Assembly: GCA_944332435.1 (NCBI GenBank)
Contig: CALVJW010000002.1
Location: 8,353 to 72,352 of the forward strand
Direction of reading: 5' to 3'
Length of the DNA: 64,000 bases
Source: an uncultured Bacilli bacterium
GTDB taxonomy: Bacteria > Bacillota_I > Bacilli_A > RF39 > UBA660
Made by a program: the position numbers and the translations under genes. Positions 20,374 to 29,216 of this stretch are shown here, piece by piece. Within the stretch, counting starts at the first letter, position 1. The number at the start of each line of letters is the position of its first letter. The notes beneath the pieces are model-generated. The model saw only the letters and a program-made list of their open reading frames with translations, was not told the DNA's origin and made no database searches.

Positions 20374-21082
20374 GGTTAACACCAGTTTCTAAAATTGCAT
20401 TAGCAACTTTCAAATTATATAAAGTTGTAATTTTAATATTATAATCTTTTCCATTTACAAGAGCCACTTTCTCACCTTTTGTTGTAAAAATTTTGCAACC
20501 ATCAGTTAAAGTTTGCTTTTCTTTTTCCGTTAAAGATTCAAATAATTTGATTAACTTCTGAATATTAAATGCTTGTGGATTTTGTCCGTAATACATTTCT
20601 TTTCTTATTGGTATCTCCGTAATGAATTTTCCATCTTTTGATTGTACGATTGTTTCTACTGCTGGATAAACGGTATCTGTTGCCCCATATTTCAAACATA
20701 ATTCAATATTATCTGTAATCATTTTTTGAGTTAAAAATGGTGTTACAGCATCATGTGATACAATAATATCATCTTTTTTTAATCCATATTTTTCTTTAAT
20801 ATGATAACAACCATTCATAAGGGAATCTGCTCTTGTTTCTCCACCTTCAACAATATCAATATTTTCAGTATTTGGAAGATATTTAGAAATTAAATCTTCG
20901 GCATAATGAAGCCATTCAGGATTTATACAAATAACAATTTTGTCAATTTCAGGATGTACATAAAATTGTTCTAATGTATGAATTAAAATAGGTTTATCAC
21001 CTAACATTAAAAATTGTTTTGGTCGCTCCGTATTTCCCATTCTACTTCCGGAACCACCAGCTAATATAACTGCATATTTCAT
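20366..21082 (-). CDS. tarI: ribitol-5-phosphate cytidylyltransferase (IspD/TarI family)
   Basis: MKYAVILAGGSGSRMG...KQF N-terminal nucleotidyltransferase motif. Lies next to the TarJ-like gene. GAGGTGG RBS before ATG 21082. Confidence 0.7.
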   Translation of the reverse strand: MKYAVILAGGSGSRMGNTERPKQFLMLGDKPILIHTLEQFYVHPEIDKIVICINPEWLHYAEDLISKYLPNTENIDIVEGGETRADSLMNGCYHIKEKYGLKKDDIIVSHDAVTPFLTQKMITDNIELCLKYGATDTVYPAVETIVQSKDGKFITEIPIRKEMYYGQNPQAFNIQKLIKLFESLTEKEKQTLTDGCKIFTTKGEKVALVNGKDYNIKITTLYNLKVANAILETGVNHD

Positions 21083-21129
21083 TTTTCCACCTCTCATTGT
21101 CTAACTATTATTATACACGAAATTATATG

Positions 21130-22416
21130 TTAATCACAATCTTTTTCCATTTTCCCAATTATATATGGATATTTTACTTCTTCTAATAATACTGACACTG
21201 TTTGATTTAAAGAAAAGATATCTCCTTTTACTTTTACTAATAAATAATTTCCAGTGTGTCCAATCAAATAACCATCTTTTTCTACTTCTGGTATCAATGT
21301 AATCGTTTTCCCTATAAATTGGTACATATATTTCTGTTCTAATTCTTTACTTATTTCTAATACCTTACGTACTCGATCTTTCTTAATCTTACCATTCATA
21401 TCCTTCATCTCTGATGCTTTCGTACCTCTTCTTTCAGAATATGGGAATACATGAATTTTAGAAAATTGTAATCGTTTTAATGAATCACAAGTTTCTTTAA
21501 AATCTTCGTCTGTTTCCCCTGGAAATCCAACAATTAAATCAGTACTAATCGAAATATTTGGTCGAATGTTACGAATCATATTTAATTTTTCTTCAAATTC
21601 TTTCATGTTATATTTTCGGTTCATTGCTTTTAATGTATTATCACATCCACTTTGTAATGGAATATGCATATGATCTACTAAAATATTTGATTTTTTCATA
21701 AGTTCTAATACTTCGGCTGTAATCTCATTCATTTCAATTGACGAAATACGTAACCGTTCCAATCCAGGTATTTTAATTAAGGCACCTAATAAATCTGAAA
21801 AATGATAATCTTCAAATTCAGCCCCATAGTGCCCTGTATGAATTCCTGTTAAGACAATTTCATGATGACCCATTTTAACTAATGTTTTTACTTCATCAAT
21901 GACATCTAATGGATCTTTACTTCTAACATTTCCTCTACTATAAGGAATAATACAATAAGAACAGAAATTATCACACCCATCTTGAATTTTAACAAATGCT
22001 CTTGTACGATTAAAATTATTTAATTTCATCGTTTCAAAAGACGTATTCATAATATCTTCTACTTTTACAATTTGTTTTTTTGTTTTTTGATACAGTTCTA
22101 TCAACTCTACAATTTGACTTTTATATTTATTTCCTAAAATAATATGGATATTAGGATTTTCTTTTAGTTCTTCATAACGAATTTGTGACATACAACCTAC
22201 TACAACAACAATTCTATGAGAATCTTCTTTTATAATATGATGAATCGTTTTCATACTTTTACTATCGGCTGTATTAGTTACAGTACAAGTATTGACAATA
22301 CTAATTTCTTCTCCACTTTTTACTTCTTCATAACCTGCTTCTTTCATTCTTTCACTCATTACATTCGATTCATAAGTATTCACTTTACATCCTAATGTAT
22401 AAATTTTAAATTTCAT
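21130..22416 (-). CDS. mtaB: tRNA methylthiotransferase, MiaB/MtaB family (YqeV-like)
   Basis: UPF0004 N-terminal domain (YTLGCKVN), radical-SAM CSYCIIPYSRG, and a C-terminal TRAM domain. Confidence 0.8.
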   Translation of the reverse strand: MKFKIYTLGCKVNTYESNVMSERMKEAGYEEVKSGEEISIVNTCTVTNTADSKSMKTIHHIIKEDSHRIVVVVGCMSQIRYEELKENPNIHIILGNKYKSQIVELIELYQKTKKQIVKVEDIMNTSFETMKLNNFNRTRAFVKIQDGCDNFCSYCIIPYSRGNVRSKDPLDVIDEVKTLVKMGHHEIVLTGIHTGHYGAEFEDYHFSDLLGALIKIPGLERLRISSIEMNEITAEVLELMKKSNILVDHMHIPLQSGCDNTLKAMNRKYNMKEFEEKLNMIRNIRPNISISTDLIVGFPGETDEDFKETCDSLKRLQFSKIHVFPYSERRGTKASEMKDMNGKIKKDRVRKVLEISKELEQKYMYQFIGKTITLIPEVEKDGYLIGHTGNYLLVKVKGDIFSLNQTVSVLLEEVKYPYIIGKMEKDCD

Positions 22417-22451
22417 AAATGCCTCACTCTCAAAAAATAGGTCATTATGAC

Positions 22452-23309
22452 CTATTCTAAATTATTTCTAAATTCTTTTAATGCTTTTAAAAATTCATCA
22501 TTCTTTTTTGTTTCATCTGATAATGGTCCTAAGTCAAAAGTATGTTCTAAATCTGGAATTTCATTTGTCTTTAAATTTACTTTTACATCATCAAACTGTA
22601 ATTCTTTATTATCATGATGAATCTGAAATTCCTCCTTAAAATTAGGAATTTTAGGATAATCTAGTTCTCCACTTTCTACTTTTCCATAAACAGGAGAAAT
22701 AAATTCTGTTCTCGAATACGTATTTTTATCTTTTGTAACTTCACTTGGTTTTACTACTTCTTTTTCTATAGTAGGCTCTAATCTATCTTCTGCTATTCGA
22801 GGTGGTATTACTTTATCAATTTCAGGTCGTTTGGTAACAGAATATGCTTCCTGTTCTTTTTCATAATGTTCAATTTCTTTCGTATGATCTTGCTTTTCTT
22901 TCATCGCTTTTAATTCTTGATAACTAATAATTGATTTTTCTTCTTGCTCTTCTTCAAAAGTATGAATTGGATCTTTTTCATGTTTCTTTAAGTCAGACTG
23001 CATTTGTTCTAATAATAATTCAATTTCAGAAATAGATTCTTTTGTCTTATTATCTTCTACTTTTTCCACTGCTGAATTTTCTACTAAATGTTCAATCTCT
23101 GGAATAGAATCTACTTCTTCTACCTCTTGTATTAAAGGTGTTATTTTTTCTTCTTTTGTTTCTGATTCAATTTCATCGATTTCAGCTTCTACTTTCTTTT
23201 TCGCATAATGTAGAAAACCCATTCCAGCTAATGTTACTAATACAAGCCCAATTAAAATAATGAAAATTAATTCTGTATCAGATATTGCAAATAAAACCAT
23301 ATATATCAC
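22452..23309 (-). CDS. hypothetical N-terminally anchored Glu/Lys-rich low-complexity protein
   Basis: One N-terminal TM helix, then about 250 aa that are highly acidic and repetitive in E/K. Confidence 0.4.
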   Translation of the reverse strand: MIYMVLFAISDTELIFIILIGLVLVTLAGMGFLHYAKKKVEAEIDEIESETKEEKITPLIQEVEEVDSIPEIEHLVENSAVEKVEDNKTKESISEIELLLEQMQSDLKKHEKDPIHTFEEEQEEKSIISYQELKAMKEKQDHTKEIEHYEKEQEAYSVTKRPEIDKVIPPRIAEDRLEPTIEKEVVKPSEVTKDKNTYSRTEFISPVYGKVESGELDYPKIPNFKEEFQIHHDNKELQFDDVKVNLKTNEIPDLEHTFDLGPLSDETKKNDEFLKALKEFRNNLE

Positions 23310-24019
23310 TCCATATATTCATAATTAATAATACTCATGAAAAAAATTGGCACAGTTTCCACTCGCATAATATTATTCCCTAAACGTACAGGAAGAAAGC
23401 CAATTTTCATGAGTGTGTTCTCTTCTACCGTTGTTAGTCCTCCCTCAGGACCAATCACTACTATTATTCTATCACAGTTTACATGGTTTTGCAAAAGAAT
23501 ATGTAAATTATTATTATGACTTACTGTACTACAAACAAGTTTCAAACCTTCCATTTTTTCTAAGTCTTTTATCTCTAATACACTAGTTACTTCTGGTATC
23601 GTAATACGTTTTGATTGTTCACTCGCTTCTTTGGCAATTTTGTTCCATCTTTCCACACGCTTCATCTTTTTATTTTGCTCAAGTTTTACAACACTTCGCG
23701 TTAATTTTAATGGAATAATTTTATGTACTCCAAGTTCCGTTGCTTTTTGAATAATAAAGTCCATTTTTTGTTCTTTTAAAAGTGGAATACAAAGTACTAC
23801 TTCTGGTATTTTTTGAACTTCATTTTCCACGATTTCCAGCGCTTTTATTCTATACATTTCATTGACAATTTCTATACACGATAAATACATTTTTTCTTGA
23901 TAAACAACTTCGACTTTATCTTGTTCCTTCATCCGCATCACAACACGAATATGATATAAATCATTTTCATCTAATATAAAATAACCATCTTTTAATTCTT
24001 TACTAAAATATCGTTGCAT
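23306..24019 (-). CDS. rsmE: 16S rRNA (uracil1498-N3)-methyltransferase
   Basis: PUA-like N-terminus and the C-terminal SPOUT motif VIGPEGGLT. Confidence 0.8.
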   Translation of the reverse strand: MQRYFSKELKDGYFILDENDLYHIRVVMRMKEQDKVEVVYQEKMYLSCIEIVNEMYRIKALEIVENEVQKIPEVVLCIPLLKEQKMDFIIQKATELGVHKIIPLKLTRSVVKLEQNKKMKRVERWNKIAKEASEQSKRITIPEVTSVLEIKDLEKMEGLKLVCSTVSHNNNLHILLQNHVNCDRIIVVIGPEGGLTTVEENTLMKIGFLPVRLGNNIMRVETVPIFFMSIINYEYME

Positions 24020-24070
24020 CTAATCACCAATCATATTATACCGAAAAATGAAAAAAAGTAAAACAACTTT

Positions 24071-24676
24071 TTATTTTACTTTTTTGGGTTTATATACATA
24101 TGAGATTACTTTCGCAAATTCATATAAAATCATATTACTTTGATTAATTGCAAAACTTTTTCCAAGTGCTTTACCACCAATCGTAAGTGCTGCAATAACT
24201 GCTGTAATTACTAATGTTGTAAAAAGCGGATCAGTATGACAAGTCTCAACAATATTATTTGCAACAATTACTCCCGCAGACCCTGAAATAATACCACAAA
24301 TATCCCCTATTACATCATTACAGAAAGAAGAAACTTTATTCGCATTATGAATAAATTTAATTGCTACTTTTGAACCCTTAACTTTTTGCGCACTCATCGA
24401 ATGAAATGGTTTTTCATTCGCCGCTGTTACTGAGACACCAATCATATCAAAAATAATACCAATTGCAATAAAAACAATGACCAAAATAATACTAATAAAC
24501 ATACCAACATTTGGTAAAATGGTCTCTGATCCTAATGAAAAGAAAAAAGAAATAAATAACGCAATCAATGTAATTTTTACTACCCACACATAATTCGATT
24601 TTTCTTTTTTCTTGTTTGCCTTTTTTAATTTTCGAATTACTTCTTGTTCTTTTTTTTCCATGATTAACTCCTTCAT
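24071..24676 (-). CDS. oapA: small four-TM membrane protein with a Lys-rich N-terminus; candidate OLE-associated protein OapA
   Basis: 201 aa (about 22 kDa). N-terminal KKEQEVIRKLKKANKKKEK stretch, then four predicted TM helices. Lies directly downstream of, and co-oriented with, the GC-rich ncRNA. Confidence 0.45.
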   Translation of the reverse strand: MKELIMEKKEQEVIRKLKKANKKKEKSNYVWVVKITLIALFISFFFSLGSETILPNVGMFISIILVIVFIAIGIIFDMIGVSVTAANEKPFHSMSAQKVKGSKVAIKFIHNANKVSSFCNDVIGDICGIISGSAGVIVANNIVETCHTDPLFTTLVITAVIAALTIGGKALGKSFAINQSNMILYEFAKVISYVYKPKKVK

Positions 24677-24689
24677 GATTATAAAAAAA

Positions 24690-25266
24690 ATGAATGGCTA
24701 TCCATATAGTAAACTTTGCGCCTTCAGGTCAAGTAGGTTTTCCCTTATCCTTACTCTCCGTTACCAGAAAAGCGGTTCCCCATTAAAAGGATAAATGTAG
24801 CGTCACCGCATACATGACTTGATTACCACTTAGTACACACTGCAATCCTACATGGAGCTACATTCTAGGAGTTTTCCTCAACAATCCTTTATTATTAATT
24901 CTCTTTTGCAGTAACAATTTCAACTTGCAATAACAAACGAATTGTGGCCACAATCAGTTTGCTTGATCAAATATTCCAAGCTACCACTCAAGACAAGCTA
25001 CACTACTCGTAAGTTACCTCACATAGTAGGTTCAAGCCTAAGTCGTCATAGCTAAAACTATAACAAGATTAGGTCTCCGCGAAAAATTGGGTCGTGATCG
25101 TATGCCATTACGGTCGCCCAATTTCTCTTCCTTTCAGCACCCACCCCAAACTGGGCGTATGAAGCAAGCACCAAAAGTTTCATAGATATGCTCTTTAACG
25201 GATTTTTAGCCCCGTCTTCATAATAAATAAAATTGACTAGAATAATGTGCCATTCATTTATTTATA
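24690..25266 (-). ncRNA. large structured ncRNA, candidate OLE (ornate, large, extremophilic) RNA
   Basis: About 570 nt non-coding island at roughly 45% GC in a 28% GC genome, with many local hairpins. It is bounded by a consensus sigma-A promoter on the minus strand and a T8 run at 24693-24700. No ORF. The next gene encodes an OapA-like membrane protein. Confidence 0.5.
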
Positions 25267-25272
25267 TGAGTA

Positions 25273-25300
25273 ATTATATCAAATTTATGTCATTTGTCAA
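25273..25300 (-). promoter_or_regulatory. sigma-A promoter for the ncRNA
   Basis: Minus strand: TTGACA, 16-nt spacer, TGATATAAT (extended -10). Confidence 0.6.
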
Positions 25301-25332
25301 ATTTTATTATATTATTTAATTTATTTCTATAA

Positions 25333-25363
25333 ATGAAAAACAGAGAACATTTTCTTCTCTGTC
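25333..25363 (-). terminator. rho-independent terminator of rnr
   Basis: ACAGAGAA...TTCTCTGT hairpin followed by a T-run on the minus strand. Confidence 0.6.
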
Positions 25364-25389
25364 TTTACTTATTAATAATTTAATCAATC

Positions 25390-27477
25390 TTATTTTTTTA
25401 CTTTTACTTTTGTAGTTGGTAAAATATCAAATTCAATTACTTGCTGCTCTTTATCAGAACGAATTAATCGTAATGTTACCTTATTACCAATTTTGTAAAC
25501 CTTACTATGATTTGGATTTTCATAAGTAAGTTTCTCTTCATGATAACAAACATCCTCTAATGTTTCGGCATTCACTTGTCCCGCAATTAAATTTTTTAAT
25601 GTAACATAAATTCCTTTTTTATCTAACCATGTTATTTTACCTTCAAACAATTCTCCAATATGAGATTCTAAGTATTCAGCACATTTCATTTTTTCTACGG
25701 TTCGTTCACATTCCTCAGCTCTTCTTTCACAATAAGACGCTTGTTCTGTCATTCTTTCATATTTCTTTTCCATCGCATTAAATTTAGAACGATTGATATT
25801 ACCTTTTAACATTTCTTTTAAAGCTCGATGAACCATTAAATCTGGATAACGACGAATCGGCGATGTAAAATGTGTATAATTACGACTTGCTAGTGCATAA
25901 TGATGTTGATTGGAATTAGAATAACAAGCTTTTTTCATACTACGAAGAAGTAAGTTGGCAAGAATATCAAATTTTTCTGTTTCTCGAAAACGTTCCAACT
26001 CTTTTTGTAAAGATTTTGCTGAAACAGGTCCATGACTAGTATCAATACGTACTGGTAATTCTAATTTATTTGCTGTTTCAACAAACATATTTAACTTTTC
26101 TTCATCTGGTTCTTCATGTACTCGATAAATAAATGGTAAGCCTAATTCTACCATACGAGTTGTTACCGCTTCATTCGCAGCAATCATAAAGTCTTCGATG
26201 ATTCGTTCTCCTTCACCACGCTGATAACTTTTAATAGCCGTTGGCTCTCCTAATTCATTTGTATCAATGATTCGTTCTTCCGTATCAAAATTAATACTAC
26301 CACGTTTCTTTTTGGCTTTTCTTAAAATATGTGATAATTCTAACATAGTCTGTAACAATTCAGTAAATTCTTGATAATCTTCTTTAGGATTACCTTTTAA
26401 TGCTTCATTCACATTATGATATGTCATTCTCTTTTTAGAATGAATAACACTTTCAAAAATATCGGTATGAACAATTTGACCTCTAGTATTAATTTCCATC
26501 TTACATGTCATAGTAAGCCGATCAACACCTGGATTTAATGAACAAATACCATTTGATAATTTACTTGCAAGCATTGGTGTTACATATCCTGGTGTATAAA
26601 GACTAGTACCTCGTTTATATGCTTCTTTATCAATTTCCTTTCCCTCTATTACATAATGAGAAACATCAGCAATATGTACTCCTAATTCATAATTTCCATT
26701 TTCTAATCTCTTAATCGATATTGCATCATCAAAATCTTTTGCCGTATCCCCATCAATAGTAACAATCATTTCATCTCTTAAATCAACTCGATTTTCAAGT
26801 TCTTCTTCTGTTACTTGTGTTGGTATTTCTTCTACTTGATCCATTACTTTTTTAGAAAATTGATCAGGAATACCAAGTTCTTTCATAACTGACAGTACAT
26901 CGACTCTTGGATCATTTTTATGACCTAATACTCTAGTAACTGATCCAATATAATAGTCTTTTTTATACTTTTTTCCAATTTTAACTAATACTTTATTATC
27001 AATATATGCTCCACCCATATTTTCTAATAATACGGGAAATGGATATTTAGGATTATCTAATTTAGCAAAAAATTTGCCATCTTGTTCATATACCATTCCA
27101 ACATGTTCTTGCTCTTTTATCACTCTATCTACTACTTTACCACGTAATTTTTGTTGATTACTAGATTGTAATTCAACTAAAATGGTATCACCATCTAAAG
27201 CTCCATGCAAATCAGATTGCCTCACAAGAACTTTCTTTTCACCATTTACTAAAAATCCAAATCCTCTTTTTGTCATATATAACTTTCCAACTACATGATT
27301 TTTATCGGTAGTCTTTACATAATGTTTTGGTGTAATTTCTTTTACCTGTAATGTCTTTTGTAATTCTTGTAGTGCTAACGTAACTTCTTCTTCTGTTACT
27401 TCTAATTTCTTACTTAATTCTGCAATGGATATTCCATGTTTTGCTTTTAACAATTGTAATACTTGTTCTAAATTCAT
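25390..27477 (-). CDS. rnr: ribonuclease R
   Basis: N-terminal HTH/CSD, RNB domain with TIDGDTAKDFDDAIS and HFTSPIRRYPDL, and a C-terminal S1 domain. Confidence 0.9.
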   Translation of the reverse strand: MNLEQVLQLLKAKHGISIAELSKKLEVTEEEVTLALQELQKTLQVKEITPKHYVKTTDKNHVVGKLYMTKRGFGFLVNGEKKVLVRQSDLHGALDGDTILVELQSSNQQKLRGKVVDRVIKEQEHVGMVYEQDGKFFAKLDNPKYPFPVLLENMGGAYIDNKVLVKIGKKYKKDYYIGSVTRVLGHKNDPRVDVLSVMKELGIPDQFSKKVMDQVEEIPTQVTEEELENRVDLRDEMIVTIDGDTAKDFDDAISIKRLENGNYELGVHIADVSHYVIEGKEIDKEAYKRGTSLYTPGYVTPMLASKLSNGICSLNPGVDRLTMTCKMEINTRGQIVHTDIFESVIHSKKRMTYHNVNEALKGNPKEDYQEFTELLQTMLELSHILRKAKKKRGSINFDTEERIIDTNELGEPTAIKSYQRGEGERIIEDFMIAANEAVTTRMVELGLPFIYRVHEEPDEEKLNMFVETANKLELPVRIDTSHGPVSAKSLQKELERFRETEKFDILANLLLRSMKKACYSNSNQHHYALASRNYTHFTSPIRRYPDLMVHRALKEMLKGNINRSKFNAMEKKYERMTEQASYCERRAEECERTVEKMKCAEYLESHIGELFEGKITWLDKKGIYVTLKNLIAGQVNAETLEDVCYHEEKLTYENPNHSKVYKIGNKVTLRLIRSDKEQQVIEFDILPTTKVKVKK

Positions 27478-27479
27478 TT

Positions 27480-29204
27480 CTATTCCCCCTGACAACTTTG
27501 TTTTATATTGTGTAATTTTAAAACTTTCTGTTTATCTTGCTGTTTTCCATATTGTATTTCAATTAATTTTTCAACTAATTCTTGATAAGTAGAAATTTCC
27601 TCTTTTTTATCATAAATTAACAACTCTTTTAAAATTATCATATTAATTAATGCAAAATAATTTCTAAGTGGTGTTGTAATATGAGTATATTGATTCACTC
27701 CTAATCCTCGGTGACCAACATTTTCATAACTATAATATGAACGTAAATTCAAGTTTTCAATTTTTCTTCTAATCGAAGATTCTTCATTTTCTTGATTACA
27801 TTTCTCTTCAATTTGTTCTACTGCCTGTTTTGTTACTTCTGATTCATTATTTCGATAAATAAGTGGTAAATCTCTTTCTAAAAAGGCTTTTGCTAAAATT
27901 GTACCTAATAAAATTTTGAATTCACTTACTACCATATATTTTGACTCTGGTTCATATTTCCTACTGTACTCTAAATAATATTTTAACTCTTTTACTTTAT
28001 GATATCTTTTTTTTGAATAATTTGATTCATGCAATACTTTTGCAATCTCATAAATCCTTATTTTTTCACTATTTTTCCCTTTTCTCGCTCGTCTAACTTT
28101 ATCTTTTATGCAATCATAACTATAATTTTTAGAAACAGAAATATTTGCCGGATATACAAGTACTTCAGTTAATTGATTTTCATAATTAAATATCATCTCA
28201 TAAGCAATGACTGCTCTTTCTTTCCCTGAATCTAATGAAAAATTTTGTTTTGCATATTCATAGTCAAATACATAATCTTTTCGATAAACAAACCAATTTA
28301 AAAATGCTTCCTCTATCAATTCTTCCGATTCCATAAATTGTTCTGTAGGATCTGTAATATACATCGTAATATGTGTTAAACCATCTTCTTCATAAATAGA
28401 AAGTGCATCTTCTCTAAGACCTGTACTTTCTTCATCAATCGTAAAAATTTCTAATGAGGAAGGTATTTTTTTAGATGACAAAAATTGCATTGAATAGCGA
28501 TTAAATTGTGGTAATTCACGATATTTCATCTGAATGCAAATATGCATCAATTCATTTAATCGATAACGATACTTTAATGGAATTTCTGTTAAATGATTGC
28601 GAATATAGTAATCAAGTTTTTGAGCAAACTCATTTGACCATGACTCAATATGTTCTGTTTCTAATAATAAGTAGCGAAGCAAAGACTTCCAATAACTATA
28701 TTCTGCATAATCATCCGTAAATAATTGTTCTAAATAAGTTTGAAAAAAATCATCTAATATTATTTTATCTTGAATAAATAATGCTAAAAAATCAGGTTGG
28801 TTCATGAGATGTCTTACAAGACTTTCTTGATGGTAATAATAAACGCTTAAATACCACTCATCTTTGCGTTTAAAATCATCATTTGAAATAATTTTCTTCG
28901 TTTTCGACAGAGAAAATATTCGATCTTGTATTTCCTGATATAAGCGATAATTTGGTAAATGACAATTTTTTCCATCATCAATATAGAATCCATATAAGTA
29001 ATCTACTTTTTGTAAAACACGAAATAAATATTTTGGAAATTCTAACTGATTATTTTGTTCTATTTCATCTAACATGCTATTTAAATAATTCAAAAGAAGT
29101 TCAATTGTTTGTTCAATATTTATACCAAAAAAATCTTTTATCTCTTCAACTGTAACTTCTTTTTTTCTTAACATAGCTGTTAATACTCTTTGATTCATAA
29201 CCAA
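27480..29204 (-). CDS. divergent RNB-domain (RNase II/R family) paralog, probably catalytically degenerate
   Basis: 574 aa. RNB motif I reads TIDEESTGLREDALS where rnr has TIDGDTAKDFDDAIS. Motif IV reads YTHITTPLRNY where rnr has HFTSPIRRY. No CSD or S1 domains. Overlaps the rnr start by 16 nt. Confidence 0.5.
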   Translation of the reverse strand: MVMNQRVLTAMLRKKEVTVEEIKDFFGINIEQTIELLLNYLNSMLDEIEQNNQLEFPKYLFRVLQKVDYLYGFYIDDGKNCHLPNYRLYQEIQDRIFSLSKTKKIISNDDFKRKDEWYLSVYYYHQESLVRHLMNQPDFLALFIQDKIILDDFFQTYLEQLFTDDYAEYSYWKSLLRYLLLETEHIESWSNEFAQKLDYYIRNHLTEIPLKYRYRLNELMHICIQMKYRELPQFNRYSMQFLSSKKIPSSLEIFTIDEESTGLREDALSIYEEDGLTHITMYITDPTEQFMESEELIEEAFLNWFVYRKDYVFDYEYAKQNFSLDSGKERAVIAYEMIFNYENQLTEVLVYPANISVSKNYSYDCIKDKVRRARKGKNSEKIRIYEIAKVLHESNYSKKRYHKVKELKYYLEYSRKYEPESKYMVVSEFKILLGTILAKAFLERDLPLIYRNNESEVTKQAVEQIEEKCNQENEESSIRRKIENLNLRSYYSYENVGHRGLGVNQYTHITTPLRNYFALINMIILKELLIYDKKEEISTYQELVEKLIEIQYGKQQDKQKVLKLHNIKQSCQGE

Positions 29205-29216
29205 GCCTCCCAGAGT

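Noticed and set aside
24690-25266. tmRNA (ssrA), suggested by the adjacent rnr
   Set aside because: On either strand no 5' GGGG...GGATTCGAC acceptor/D-like start, no T-arm GGTTCGANTCC and no CCA-proximal acceptor pairing were seen. No tag reading frame ends in a hydrophobic ...LAA/FA-type tail with stops; the only striking stops (UAAUAAUAA) follow ...TAKEN. No smpB is present either. At about 570 nt the element is also too long.
24690-25266. RNase P RNA or SRP RNA
   Set aside because: The universally conserved P4 elements (AGGAAAGUCC ... ACAGAAnGC) and the SRP helix-8 GGUCCGGAAGGAAGCAGC motif are absent. Only a loose GAGGAAAACUCC resemblance near the 3' end was found.
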